64,000 bases of DNA from the IMG/VR virus record IMGVR_UViG_3300009158_000031, positions 1 through 64,000 of that record; one strand, 5' to 3'. The notes beneath the pieces were generated by a model, which did not search any database, had not been told where the DNA came from, and saw only the letters and a list, made by a program, of their open reading frames with translations. Position 1 is the first letter of the stretch. Every line of letters begins with the position of its first letter. Shown piece by piece: positions 9,281-18,652 of the stretch. The position numbers and the translations under genes are program-made.

Positions 9281-10535
9281 CATTGGCGTAATCATTTATA
9301 CGAAGATTGGTACTAAAACTTCTATTCTTCTAGGAGAATTCGAGTTTTGGAACGATTTTCAACGAATGAACCCTGATTGTGACTTCTATTTTATATCAAT
9401 ATCGAAGAACACAACAAAGAGTATTATTGACCATCAACATCTACTTAACTTTCCAGTTAGGATGATACAGGTGTATGATGTGAAGGATCTTTCCAAGCTA
9501 AATAACCTTTCTGGGATATTTTCATATATGACTAGAAATACCTTCTTTGGAGGTCAAATGAATCCATCATGTGTTCATAATTACGTGATATCTGCTTACT
9601 GTAGCAATACGCTAAACCTTCCTTTATTTATTAGAACTCCTGATTCAGAATATCCCTATTTGGATTATAAGAAAATGGCGGATGTTCGAATTGAGAAAGC
9701 TACACCAAGTACACCTAAATTCATTAGAGAAAATAAACGTTTTCTAGATGTTATGACTGCAGATATCAAATATGAAAATGTTTATTTTGTAGCCAATGGA
9801 TCTCGTCATATGTGTGATTGGGTACAAGATATTGTATACCATGATATTCCAGATGTTATGAGAATAATGGAACCTAAAGAAATTTCTAGAAGAACTCTTT
9901 ATGTTTCGGATGATGTTCTATTCAATCTTCATATTAATAGAGAGCGTTATGCAAATCTAAATGTTGAAGTAAAGAATAATAAGCTTTTGTTTATTGGATT
10001 CCTTTCCGGATCAGTTGCAAAAAATCGTTTAGTTGCTTTAACTAAAATGTTGAAGGAAAAAACCGAAGAAATTCCTATGGATATTATTGGACCTGGAGCA
10101 GATTTGTTGATAGAAGATATTATTCGTGAGGATGTTACTCTTGAAAACCGTTCAGTTTTTGGTGATGAATTTTTCAAGCTACTTAATACATATTTAGCTT
10201 ATGTGTTTATTGGTAAAGGTAATGCGATAAACAAATATGTAAACAAAACAATTTACGATTGTATATCTGCAAAATGTCCTATTGTCGTTTACTCTGCATG
10301 TGATACTAATCAAGCTATTTTTAAGAGCAACGAATATTATTTCTCTAACGAATCCGAACTAAAAACAACCATGGATAAATTAAGAGATCCTGCAATTCGT
10401 AATCGTTGGATCGATGAACAGAAAGCTGATATTGAAGAAAAATTAACACATAACGAAGAGATATTTAAGTTCTCTCAATTCTGTAAGCCTAAAGATCAAG
10501 TTGTTAATAACATTAGAATCGAGCCATTATTCTAA
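9267..10535 (+). CDS. T4 beta-glucosyltransferase-like DNA glycosyltransferase
   Basis: TFFGG parallels T4 BGT NFFGG, and TPDSEYP parallels FTDIRLP (catalytic Asp). The C-terminal KTIYDCISAK...YYFSNESEL parallels BGT RVWETMAS...FYVNNRAEL. Confidence 0.75.
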   Translation: MKRINIGVIIYTKIGTKTSILLGEFEFWNDFQRMNPDCDFYFISISKNTTKSIIDHQHLLNFPVRMIQVYDVKDLSKLNNLSGIFSYMTRNTFFGGQMNPSCVHNYVISAYCSNTLNLPLFIRTPDSEYPYLDYKKMADVRIEKATPSTPKFIRENKRFLDVMTADIKYENVYFVANGSRHMCDWVQDIVYHDIPDVMRIMEPKEISRRTLYVSDDVLFNLHINRERYANLNVEVKNNKLLFIGFLSGSVAKNRLVALTKMLKEKTEEIPMDIIGPGADLLIEDIIREDVTLENRSVFGDEFFKLLNTYLAYVFIGKGNAINKYVNKTIYDCISAKCPIVVYSACDTNQAIFKSNEYYFSNESELKTTMDKLRDPAIRNRWIDEQKADIEEKLTHNEEIFKFSQFCKPKDQVVNNIRIEPLF

Positions 10536-10551
10536 TTCATAAAATAATAAA

Positions 10552-11166
10552 ATGAATATATTTGTACTAGATCAAGATCCGAGAATTGCTGCACAAATGC
10601 ATTGTGACAAACATGTTCCAAAAATGATTATCGAACATGCGCAAATGATGACGGCTGCATATTATTCTACTTTAGGTATTAGCCGAAAGAAAGAAATTCC
10701 GGATCAACAATTTGTAGTAAATGAAATGTTTCGCGGTTGGCCTAGAAGAAATGCCGATGGAAGTGAATGGCATTATGCAATATCACATGTCAATCATCCA
10801 TGCACAATTTGGACACGAGCTTCAATCGAGAATTTTAATTGGTTACTAGATTGTACTGAAGAACTTTGTTACGAATTCACTCGTCGTTGGGGTGGTAAAC
10901 ATTCAATCGAAAAGATCGTAGATTGGATGCGTCAAAATCCTCCTAAATTGCCTTCTTCTAAACAAACTCCTTTCGCAATGGCAATGCCGGATTGTTTTAG
11001 AACTACTAATCCGATTGAATCTTATCGTAGATACTATGGCATGAAAACAACTTACATGAAAGTAGCTTGGATTCGAGGAACTCAACCGGATTGGTGGTCA
11101 GATCAATTTGCCAAAGATTGCGTTAATCAATATTATATTGCAAACCCAGCCTTGTTGGTTGGATAA
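10552..11166 (+). CDS. Pyrimidine-dimer DNA glycosylase / endonuclease V-like
   Basis: MNIFVLD...HCDKHVPKMIIEHAQM, HVNHPCTIW, FAMAMPD and ESYRRYY. Confidence 0.85.
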   Translation: MNIFVLDQDPRIAAQMHCDKHVPKMIIEHAQMMTAAYYSTLGISRKKEIPDQQFVVNEMFRGWPRRNADGSEWHYAISHVNHPCTIWTRASIENFNWLLDCTEELCYEFTRRWGGKHSIEKIVDWMRQNPPKLPSSKQTPFAMAMPDCFRTTNPIESYRRYYGMKTTYMKVAWIRGTQPDWWSDQFAKDCVNQYYIANPALLVG

Positions 11167-11185
11167 ATAAAAAAAACCGACACTA

Positions 11186-11791
11186 ATGCGTCTATTAACA
11201 AAAACCGAGTTTGATGCTCTTGTGCTTAATGAATCATATGATGATTACAAGAAAAGCATTAATGAAAATATCAAATATCACATAGAAAATGAGCTAACTA
11301 TATCTGAATCAATATTTAGAGTAGGATCTGAAGCTTATTTAGATTTCGTTAATGAAATGAGAGCACTTTGGAGAGATGGTAAAATATCAATATCCGAAGA
11401 CGATCAATTTATTTTAGAAAAATTATATACTGGCCAAAAAGGAACTTATACCGACCGAGATACTGATCGAAAGAAAACTGTTAATTTTGATGATCCTCAA
11501 TTATCTCCAAAGGAAATTGATACACTCTATTATGTTTATCGTCCATCTCCTTCAGGAGATAAAGATAAAGATACTGGTTTACCAAAAGCTATCATGATTG
11601 GATTTGGTGAAAAAACTGGTCCTGGTGAAGATGATGTTAGAGATAAACATCAGGATCCAGGTAAACGTGCTGGATTTCTAGCTAGACAAAATTGCAAAGA
11701 GAAGAAAGATGAATATGCTTCTGGTTGGTGGTCATGTAACATACATAAATTCTGGAAACAACTAGGACTTAAAACAAACGATCCATGGTAA
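11186..11791 (+). CDS. Putative virion/internal head protein
   Basis: Late motif at 11162, LNE/INE putative cleavage sites, and a C-terminal FLARQNC...GWWSC phage domain. Confidence 0.55.
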   Translation: MRLLTKTEFDALVLNESYDDYKKSINENIKYHIENELTISESIFRVGSEAYLDFVNEMRALWRDGKISISEDDQFILEKLYTGQKGTYTDRDTDRKKTVNFDDPQLSPKEIDTLYYVYRPSPSGDKDKDTGLPKAIMIGFGEKTGPGEDDVRDKHQDPGKRAGFLARQNCKEKKDEYASGWWSCNIHKFWKQLGLKTNDPW

Positions 11792-12114
11792 ATAAAGACT
11801 GTAATTGTAAGAATTGCGAATGCAAAGAAAGAGAATCTTTTTATCTAACATTCGAAGATTATAAACCTTTTACTGATAGTTATTTCAATGGATCTCTTGT
11901 TCGTAAATTTCCTAAAGAGACACCGGCTCATTTACTCAAATGGCATATAGACGATGAAGATCGTACAATATATCCGGTAGAAGAGAATGATTGGAAATTT
12001 CAATTTGATAATAAGTTACCTATCTCGTTTGATAGTAAAATTGAAATTCCTAAGGGAATTCAACATAGAATAATAAAAGGAACCACCGATCTAATCATCT
12101 TAATCGAAAAGTAA
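11785..12114 (+). CDS. Small cupin-like phage protein
   Basis: WHIDDEDR...IPKGIQHRIIKG pattern. Confidence 0.55.
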   Translation: MVNKDCNCKNCECKERESFYLTFEDYKPFTDSYFNGSLVRKFPKETPAHLLKWHIDDEDRTIYPVEENDWKFQFDNKLPISFDSKIEIPKGIQHRIIKGTTDLIILIEK

Positions 12115-12503
12115 TGGCTATTATACAACAAGAATTTCAACACGATCCATGGAAAATGCTTATAGGTTGCATCATGCTAAATCAAACTAGCAATAAAAAT
12201 GTACGCCAAGTAATATACGCATTCTTCGAGAAATGGCCAAATCCACTTTCCGTTTTACGAGCAAATCCAGATGATATTCGAGAACACATCAGACCTTTAG
12301 GATTCTATAATCGTAGAACTGCTACTATACAAAAATTCTCACAAGATTACATATCTAAATCTTTTAATCGAATAAGTGAACTTCATGGCATTGGCAAATA
12401 TGCCGAAGATTCATATGAAATCTTTATTCGCGGTAATGAAAATGTACAACCAACCGATAAGATATTGATTCGTTATCTTGCCGGTGAATTTATCGATCAA
12501 TAA
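12114..12503 (+). CDS. MBD4-like HhH-GPD DNA glycosylase
   Basis: HDPWKMLIGCIMLNQTS, PLGFYNRR, ELHGIGKYAEDSYEIF and VQPTDKIL match the MBD4 glycosylase domain. Confidence 0.85.
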   Translation: MAIIQQEFQHDPWKMLIGCIMLNQTSNKNVRQVIYAFFEKWPNPLSVLRANPDDIREHIRPLGFYNRRTATIQKFSQDYISKSFNRISELHGIGKYAEDSYEIFIRGNENVQPTDKILIRYLAGEFIDQ

Positions 12504-12538
12504 CCGGAATATATAACTAGAAATAAATTCTTTGAATA

Positions 12539-13090
12539 ATGAATAAACATATACCTTCCTTCAATTCTTTCATAAATGAAGGAAAAGAAATTCCTATTGA
12601 AGTGACTAAAGGTCAAGCTGCCTATTATAAAGGTCTTCCTAAATCTACTGCTCAAAAGAAGAAATCTCAAATCACCGCACAAGCAGAGAAACCTTCAGAT
12701 GATCCTTCAGCATATAAAGCTTTACCTGGAGATAAAAAAGCTCAATCTAAAGGAATAGTTAAAACTTCATCTCATGTGAAAAAATACAAAGAGATGTTTG
12801 GTGAATCTGTTATTAATGAAAAAGAAGAGGAACTTAAAAAAGGACCTATCGAAAACCCAGATATTGAAAAAGCTTTAAAGAATAAGGTAGAAGAAACCGG
12901 AGTAGATTTAGATATACTTCGAGTAGTTATGCGAAGAGGAATGGCTGCTTGGAAAGCTGGTCATCGTCCAGGAGCTACTCAAGAACAATGGGGTTATGCA
13001 AGAATTGCTTCTTTTGTTACTAAAGGACCTACTTACAAATCAACTGACTCAGATATGGCTAAAATCGCAAGAGATAGAGGTCAATTATAA
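12539..13090 (+). CDS. Putative internal head protein (conserved viral RGxAAWxxGHRPGATxxQW domain, possibly DUF5824)
   Basis: N-terminus MNKHIPSFNSFINE and a late motif at 12508. Confidence 0.6.
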   Translation: MNKHIPSFNSFINEGKEIPIEVTKGQAAYYKGLPKSTAQKKKSQITAQAEKPSDDPSAYKALPGDKKAQSKGIVKTSSHVKKYKEMFGESVINEKEEELKKGPIENPDIEKALKNKVEETGVDLDILRVVMRRGMAAWKAGHRPGATQEQWGYARIASFVTKGPTYKSTDSDMAKIARDRGQL

Positions 13091-13123
13091 CTCGAATATA
13101 TAAAATAACAAAAAAATAGAACA

Positions 13124-13639
13124 ATGCAAAAATTCACCGAATTCGTAAAAGCCCGTGAAACTTCTATTGAAGAAAATGCTAAAGCAGAAATTGCCGCAAA
13201 ATTCAATGAATTATACGAAGCAAAATTAAAAGAAATGGGAGCTAAATCTCCTTTAGATCTTACTGAAGAAGATTCTCAAGTTTTCTTTGAATACCTTAAG
13301 AGCTTAAAAGAAGCTGAATTAACTAAAGCTGACGTTAAGAAAGCCGTTAAAGCCGAGACTAAAGGTCTTGAGAAAAAAGTTGATGCTGCTGAAAAGAAAG
13401 CTGAAGCTGCCGAAGATACTGCTAAAGATGCAGAAAAAGATGCAAAGAAAGCTGGTCAAGATGAAGTTACCGATGAAAAATCTTTCAGAGAGTATGCTAC
13501 TAACCTACTTAAAACTGCACATCCTGATGATTTCGATGAGAAAATTGCTAACAAAGTAATTGATGGTATCATCGCTAAAGTTGAAGATGATAATTGGGGT
13601 GAGGCTATTGGCCGTTTAACTTCTGGTCTGGGAGGATAA
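13124..13639 (+). CDS. Putative internal/prohead core protein, charged coiled coil
   Basis: N-terminus MQKFTEFVKARE, K/E/A-rich, late motif at 13095. Confidence 0.55.
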   Translation: MQKFTEFVKARETSIEENAKAEIAAKFNELYEAKLKEMGAKSPLDLTEEDSQVFFEYLKSLKEAELTKADVKKAVKAETKGLEKKVDAAEKKAEAAEDTAKDAEKDAKKAGQDEVTDEKSFREYATNLLKTAHPDDFDEKIANKVIDGIIAKVEDDNWGEAIGRLTSGLGG

Positions 13640-13663
13640 TCAATAATATAAAACAAACACAAT

Positions 13664-14170
13664 ATGAAACATATTAAAACATTTGAAATCTTCGTTAATG
13701 AAGCAGTTAAATTCAATCCAAGAAATCTAGATCAAGGAACTTTCTTTGATTTTATCGATAGTATGGATGCAGAAACTATTGAAGATTATGGAGTTGAAAT
13801 GGATAACATGACTAAAGGTTATGAAGCCGTTGCTAAAGAATTAGGTGGTAATTTAAAAAACGTTAGCTTTGGTGATTCAGAGAATAATGATTATGAATTT
13901 TTTAAATTCTTAATGAATGTTTCTTTAGGAAGCATGGCATTTGATAAAGGAGTTAAACTTCCTGAAGTAAAATCTTTAAAAACTTTTAATATTCCATCAG
14001 GTTGGAGAGACGGTGATAATCAAGCTACATTGGTAGAAATTCCAGGAGTAGCGAATTACGTTACTTGGTTAGATGGTGATGATTTTTCTAATTTTGATTA
14101 TTGTGCTTATAAATCTTCGGATCTTCCCAAGATTGCAAAATGGGCTCAAGAGAATTACGTAGAATCTTAA
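13664..14170 (+). CDS. Putative internal head protein
   Basis: MKHIKTFEIFVNE capsid-targeting-like N-terminus. Confidence 0.6.
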   Translation: MKHIKTFEIFVNEAVKFNPRNLDQGTFFDFIDSMDAETIEDYGVEMDNMTKGYEAVAKELGGNLKNVSFGDSENNDYEFFKFLMNVSLGSMAFDKGVKLPEVKSLKTFNIPSGWRDGDNQATLVEIPGVANYVTWLDGDDFSNFDYCAYKSSDLPKIAKWAQENYVES

Positions 14171-14187
14171 TTCAATTATAACTTATT

Positions 14188-14235
14188 AACAAAGAAGGAT
14201 TTGGACGCTATGCGACTGAATCCTTTTGTTTTTTG
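14188..14235 (+). terminator. Rho-independent terminator
   Basis: AACAAAGAAGGATT...AATCCTTTTGTT stem followed by a T-tract. Confidence 0.7.
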
Positions 14236-14276
14236 ATTTCATAATAATAATACGATAAATAGAAATAAATTAGCAT

Positions 14277-14882
14277 ATGCCTAAAACATTCATGAAATAT
14301 CAGGATTTCGTTGATCCTAAAAGATCAGGGAAATATCAGAGCATCACGATATTTGATGTTGATGATACGTTAGTCGTAACTAAATCTCAAATTAAAGTAA
14401 TTGATACTAATACCAATAAGTCTTTTACTTTAACTCCGGCAGAATTTAATGAATTTGAAAAGAAATCTCATCATGAAATGGATTATTCAGATTTCAAAAA
14501 CCTAGATATTCTAAAGGCCGGTAAAATTATAGAAAATATCTTCTCTATCCTTAAGAAAGAAATGCGTAAAGGCGGAAGAGTTGGTATTATCACTGCCAGA
14601 GACGATCGAAATCTAATCTATCAATTTCTACTTCATCATGGAGTAGTGGTTAATCCAAATTACATATTTGCAGTTAATGATCCTGAACTTGAATTTACTG
14701 GAAGCGTAGCTGAAAAGAAAAAACAAGCCTTTATAGAATTAATAAAGATTGGATTTAGAGACTTTACATTTTATGACGATGATGCTGAAAATATACGAAT
14801 TGCTAAAGAGTTAGATGGTGAAATTGAAGGTATACATATTAAGACTAAACATGTAAAGGTAAGATGGAACAACAAAGACTGA
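14277..14882 (+). CDS. HAD-superfamily phosphatase
   Basis: Motif I FDVDDTL, motif II ITAR, a Lys, and motif IV FYDDD. Confidence 0.8.
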   Translation: MPKTFMKYQDFVDPKRSGKYQSITIFDVDDTLVVTKSQIKVIDTNTNKSFTLTPAEFNEFEKKSHHEMDYSDFKNLDILKAGKIIENIFSILKKEMRKGGRVGIITARDDRNLIYQFLLHHGVVVNPNYIFAVNDPELEFTGSVAEKKKQAFIELIKIGFRDFTFYDDDAENIRIAKELDGEIEGIHIKTKHVKVRWNNKD

Positions 14883-15343
14883 TACACCGAAACGATCAAA
14901 AGATTGATACATTCGCAGAAATCGTTGAATCGATTGCTACTTTATCTGCCGCATCAACTAAGAAAGTTGCATGTATGGCTATTCACAAAAATTTTATTAA
15001 GATTGCATCCTTTGGATATAATGGATCTTATGCTGGTGCTCCCATCAACGAAACAACTGGAACCGAAGAAGATTCGCTAGAACCTGGTAATTCAGGATTT
15101 ATTCATGCAGAAGTTAACATGATTTCGAAATTTCGAGAACATGATCCTGAAAATTATATCGTTTTTCTTACGCTTTCTCCTTGCAAAATGTGCACTAAGA
15201 TTCTAGTTAATTCTGGATTTAAAATGGTGTATTGGTTAGAAGATTATCGAGAACAAGAACATCTCACTATTTTCGATGAATGTGGAATTCATTATGGTAA
15301 TATAAACAAACTCAAAAAAGATTATTTCAAATTAGTAAAATGA
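14864..15343 (+). CDS. dCMP deaminase
   Basis: GYNG, HAE and SPCKMC zinc motifs. Confidence 0.9.
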   Translation: MEQQRLIHRNDQKIDTFAEIVESIATLSAASTKKVACMAIHKNFIKIASFGYNGSYAGAPINETTGTEEDSLEPGNSGFIHAEVNMISKFREHDPENYIVFLTLSPCKMCTKILVNSGFKMVYWLEDYREQEHLTIFDECGIHYGNINKLKKDYFKLVK

Positions 15344-15762
15344 AATATACTCTAACAATTCTAAAACCAGATGCAATATCTCGTGGAATAGAATCTAAAA
15401 TCACCAAACACATAACCGATGCCGGTTTTCAAATTGCCGCTCGTAAAAGAATTCACCTAACAAATGAAGAGGCCTACGATTTCTATGAGGTACACAAAGA
15501 CAAACCTTTCTTTAGATCTCTTGTAGATTACATGACTTCTGGAGCTTGTGTATTTATGGTTCTTCGTAATGAGAATTCTCCTAATGCAATAGATCATTTT
15601 CGTAAGTTAATAGGATCTACCGATCCGGCTGAAGCAGAGGAAGGAACCATTCGTAAAATGTATGCAGAATCCCTAGAAAGAAACTCTATCCATGGATCTG
15701 ATTCACCGGAATCAGTTATTAAGGAGTGTGATCTTATGTTTCCGGAATTATCGTTCAATTAA
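15340..15762 (+). CDS. ndk: Nucleoside diphosphate kinase
   Basis: LKPDA, FYEVHKDKPFF, GSTDP, GTIR and NSIHGSDS. Confidence 0.95.
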   Translation: MKYTLTILKPDAISRGIESKITKHITDAGFQIAARKRIHLTNEEAYDFYEVHKDKPFFRSLVDYMTSGACVFMVLRNENSPNAIDHFRKLIGSTDPAEAEEGTIRKMYAESLERNSIHGSDSPESVIKECDLMFPELSFN

Positions 15763-15774
15763 AATTAATAAATT

Positions 15775-16137
15775 ATGATAGGTGAAGAATTAGACAAATA
15801 TATCCAAAATCGAGTTAAAGAAGTTTTGGATAATTCAAAATTCCCTGAATATGATGACATTCATAGTGATTCATTTTCAGAGTTAATTGACAAATTAATA
15901 ATTGTACATATTAGATTATGGTACTTAGAAGATGTTATGAGTGTTGAAAAGGATGCTGATAAAATGATGATCCTTAAAAAGAAAGCCGATATAACTTTTA
16001 AAGAGAAACGTCCTATGTTAGTAAGATCAATCGATAAAATTATCAATAATATGTGTACTGGTAAATTTTCTCCTCCATCAGAAAGTCCAAAATTATATGT
16101 TGGATTTACGGATGACGATGAAAAAATTAATGCCTAA
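15775..16137 (+). CDS. Small helical protein (DUF4254-like), glycosylation-locus associated
   Basis: ELIDKLIIVHIRLWYLED motif; translationally coupled to the next GT-like gene. Confidence 0.45.
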   Translation: MIGEELDKYIQNRVKEVLDNSKFPEYDDIHSDSFSELIDKLIIVHIRLWYLEDVMSVEKDADKMMILKKKADITFKEKRPMLVRSIDKIINNMCTGKFSPPSESPKLYVGFTDDDEKINA

Positions 16138-17003
16138 TGAAATATATCATAACATCAAAAAATGTTCGTTCTGGTACTAGCGTAGATGATGCCGCTGATC
16201 CATTTCAAGTTACCGAAATAGCAACTGAATTAATAATAACTCGGTTGTATTTGATACATCTGTTAAATACCTCGATTATAGACATTGAAGATACTATCGT
16301 ATGTATAGGAGATAGACGATGTTTATATACAAACATTTTCAAAAATGTTATGTCATTCGAAGATTATACTAATTCTATTGACATCGATAAAAAAGATGTT
16401 ATAGATCTATTAGAATCCAGCAAATTTAATTCGCTTGCCTCTGGATTAGTAGACTCGAGAGAATTACCATATCTACCTTTTTATCGAAATTGGGATAGAG
16501 ATAAAAATCATATTTTAAACGTTGAAGATAGTGATCTATCAGATTATGATTTATCTTCACCGTTCTTGTGTTTAGTTATTCGAAAACGAAGTGCATGGTC
16601 AGAAAAAAACATGTCAAATGATTTTTGGAATGATGTTATATCTGAATTAGAAAATCGAGGAATTAAAATATTCGTATTTGGAAAAGAAACTGAGGGTTTT
16701 TGTACAGAAAAAACGAAGCAAATTAAAACATTTCGAGATTGGTGTTCTATTGTTAAACATGTTAATTGTAAACATGTTGCTAGTACAATGACTGGTGGAG
16801 TATATCCTCTTATCGTATTTGGAAATTCAAATTGTAAAATGACAATAATCGACAATACCAATCTTAAGAAAGCTCATGGACACGATCCATCGTTCTATAA
16901 CTCATGTATAAATTTCTCTAATATCGAAATGAAATTTATCGAAAATATACCAACAATAAAAGAATTTGCCGATGAATTATGTAGTAATTACATCAATAAA
17001 TAA
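16137..17003 (+). CDS. Putative GT-B (GT9-like) glycosyltransferase
   Basis: The C-terminal half RKRSAWSEKN...FWNDVI...IFVFGK...MTGG has the GT9-like layout. Confidence 0.45.
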   Translation: MKYIITSKNVRSGTSVDDAADPFQVTEIATELIITRLYLIHLLNTSIIDIEDTIVCIGDRRCLYTNIFKNVMSFEDYTNSIDIDKKDVIDLLESSKFNSLASGLVDSRELPYLPFYRNWDRDKNHILNVEDSDLSDYDLSSPFLCLVIRKRSAWSEKNMSNDFWNDVISELENRGIKIFVFGKETEGFCTEKTKQIKTFRDWCSIVKHVNCKHVASTMTGGVYPLIVFGNSNCKMTIIDNTNLKKAHGHDPSFYNSCINFSNIEMKFIENIPTIKEFADELCSNYINK

Positions 17004-17955
17004 TTTAACCGAATCTATTCGAAAATTCTCGGCAATACCGGATTGGCATGTTATTGTTGTAGGCGATTTAAAGAGTAAAAGATATTCACATCCAAATGTG
17101 ACTTATCTAGGAGTAGAAGAACAAACGAAACTTAATTTATTTAGTGCATTAACAACTCCATACAATCATTATTCAAGAAAGAATTTAGGTTATTTGTACG
17201 CTATAAGTAAAGGAGCTAATCTAATTTTTGATACTGACGATGATACTATTCCGTATGATGATTGGTATCCAAGAGATTTTGTATGCGATAAATTGGTAGA
17301 TGGATCAACCGTTATCAATCCCTATACGCTATTCACTAAAGAAAAATGTTGGCCTAGAGGATTAGACCTATCTCATATAAATAAGCCAAATACTTACACG
17401 ATATCTAATAAAGGCTCAAAGATAGGTGTTTGGCAAGGAGTAATTGATGATGATTCAGATTTTGATGCAATATATCGATTAACCATAAATAAGCACATAA
17501 AATTTAATAAAGAAGATGATGTCGCAATAGGAACACGATGTTACACCCCTTTCAATACACAAAGTACTTTATGGAATACTAAATTTCATTCTTTGCTTTA
17601 TGTTCCCATCTCAGTAGATTTCAGATTTACGGATATTCTAAAAGGTTATATAGCTCAAAGAATTATGTGGGATTATGGATATCAGGTGGGTTTTCATTAT
17701 CCTAACACATATCAAGTTAGAAATGAGCACGACTTCTATAAAGATTTTCTAGACGAGATTTCCATGTACCGATCAATTCCTTCATTGATGAATACTCTAG
17801 AAAGTATAAAACTCAAAAATGAGTCTATTGAAAATGATCTATTTTCGGTTTATTCTGCTTTATTAGATATTGGCATCGTGAAAGAGGAAGAGATGATAAA
17901 CCTACAACATTGGATAGATGATATCTCTAAGTTATCTAAAAAGGATTTAAGGTAA
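16972..17955 (+). CDS. STELLO/DUF288 (GT75-related) glycosyltransferase
   Basis: VITSIN, VIVVGDLKS, YNHYSRKNLGYLYAI, IFDTDDD, WPRG, PFNTQST and FRFTDILKGY. Confidence 0.8.
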   Translation: MNYVVITSINNLTESIRKFSAIPDWHVIVVGDLKSKRYSHPNVTYLGVEEQTKLNLFSALTTPYNHYSRKNLGYLYAISKGANLIFDTDDDTIPYDDWYPRDFVCDKLVDGSTVINPYTLFTKEKCWPRGLDLSHINKPNTYTISNKGSKIGVWQGVIDDDSDFDAIYRLTINKHIKFNKEDDVAIGTRCYTPFNTQSTLWNTKFHSLLYVPISVDFRFTDILKGYIAQRIMWDYGYQVGFHYPNTYQVRNEHDFYKDFLDEISMYRSIPSLMNTLESIKLKNESIENDLFSVYSALLDIGIVKEEEMINLQHWIDDISKLSKKDLR

Positions 17956-18103
17956 TATCTATAAAGGAATATTCCGTTCAACTGAGGTCACGAGAGATAT
18001 CTAGAGAGATCCTTCAGTTTATCTACTATTAACTAAAACATTAAGAAAGATCCTAAAATATTTGGCTTTTCTTTTTTGATATATACTAAAAATACTCTGT
18101 CCA

Positions 18104-18640
18104 ATGAATGGAGAAATGCTCGTAGTAGCTAACCAATTTTTAGTAAGACTTAATAAAGTAGGATTCGTTTCTAGCGATATTCGAGTAAGATCTATTGCTC
18201 ATACTGGTAATTATACAACCAGAACGAACTTTGCGAATTATGAGCAATTCTCGACTACGTTTGGTCAAGTTTTCGATTCTAACAGCCCAACTGATTATAT
18301 TGGAGATTATCCTTTTATTGAATCAATAAATATCACATATCCAAGATTAGGATATACCAACCTATTTAGATGTTATGACATTCTCAATAAACGGAAAATT
18401 GTTCAGACGGTAGGTGTAACAAAGAATAGTCAATCTAACAATTCATTAAGAGAAAGAGATCAATCAGATATAGCTAAAGTGAGAGATTTGGAAAGAGCTC
18501 TATCAAATCTAAATAATGAATTTGATACATACAAAATATCAGCTAATTCCACATATGCGGCTATCATTCAATATTATGTTGATCGTAATTATGTTATTGA
18601 TGGTTATGTTGATACTAAATCCGATACACTTATAAAATAA
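18104..18640 (+). CDS. Putative structural protein
   Basis: Late motif GATATATA at 18078, a coiled coil and a C-terminal YVxxNYVxxGYV. Confidence 0.6.
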   Translation: MNGEMLVVANQFLVRLNKVGFVSSDIRVRSIAHTGNYTTRTNFANYEQFSTTFGQVFDSNSPTDYIGDYPFIESINITYPRLGYTNLFRCYDILNKRKIVQTVGVTKNSQSNNSLRERDQSDIAKVRDLERALSNLNNEFDTYKISANSTYAAIIQYYVDRNYVIDGYVDTKSDTLIK

Positions 18641-18652
18641 TTAATATAAATA

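Noticed and set aside
12114-17955. Eukaryotic giant-virus origin suggested by MBD4-like, STELLO-like and collagen genes
   Set aside because: The tmRNA, S1, T4-like baseplate and neck genes, overlapping operons and Bacteroidota promoters indicate a bacteriophage.
17956-18077. Intergenic stretch (and similar at 47744-47806) as a replication origin or sRNA
   Set aside because: Only short, weak palindromes; no iterons or convincing structure.
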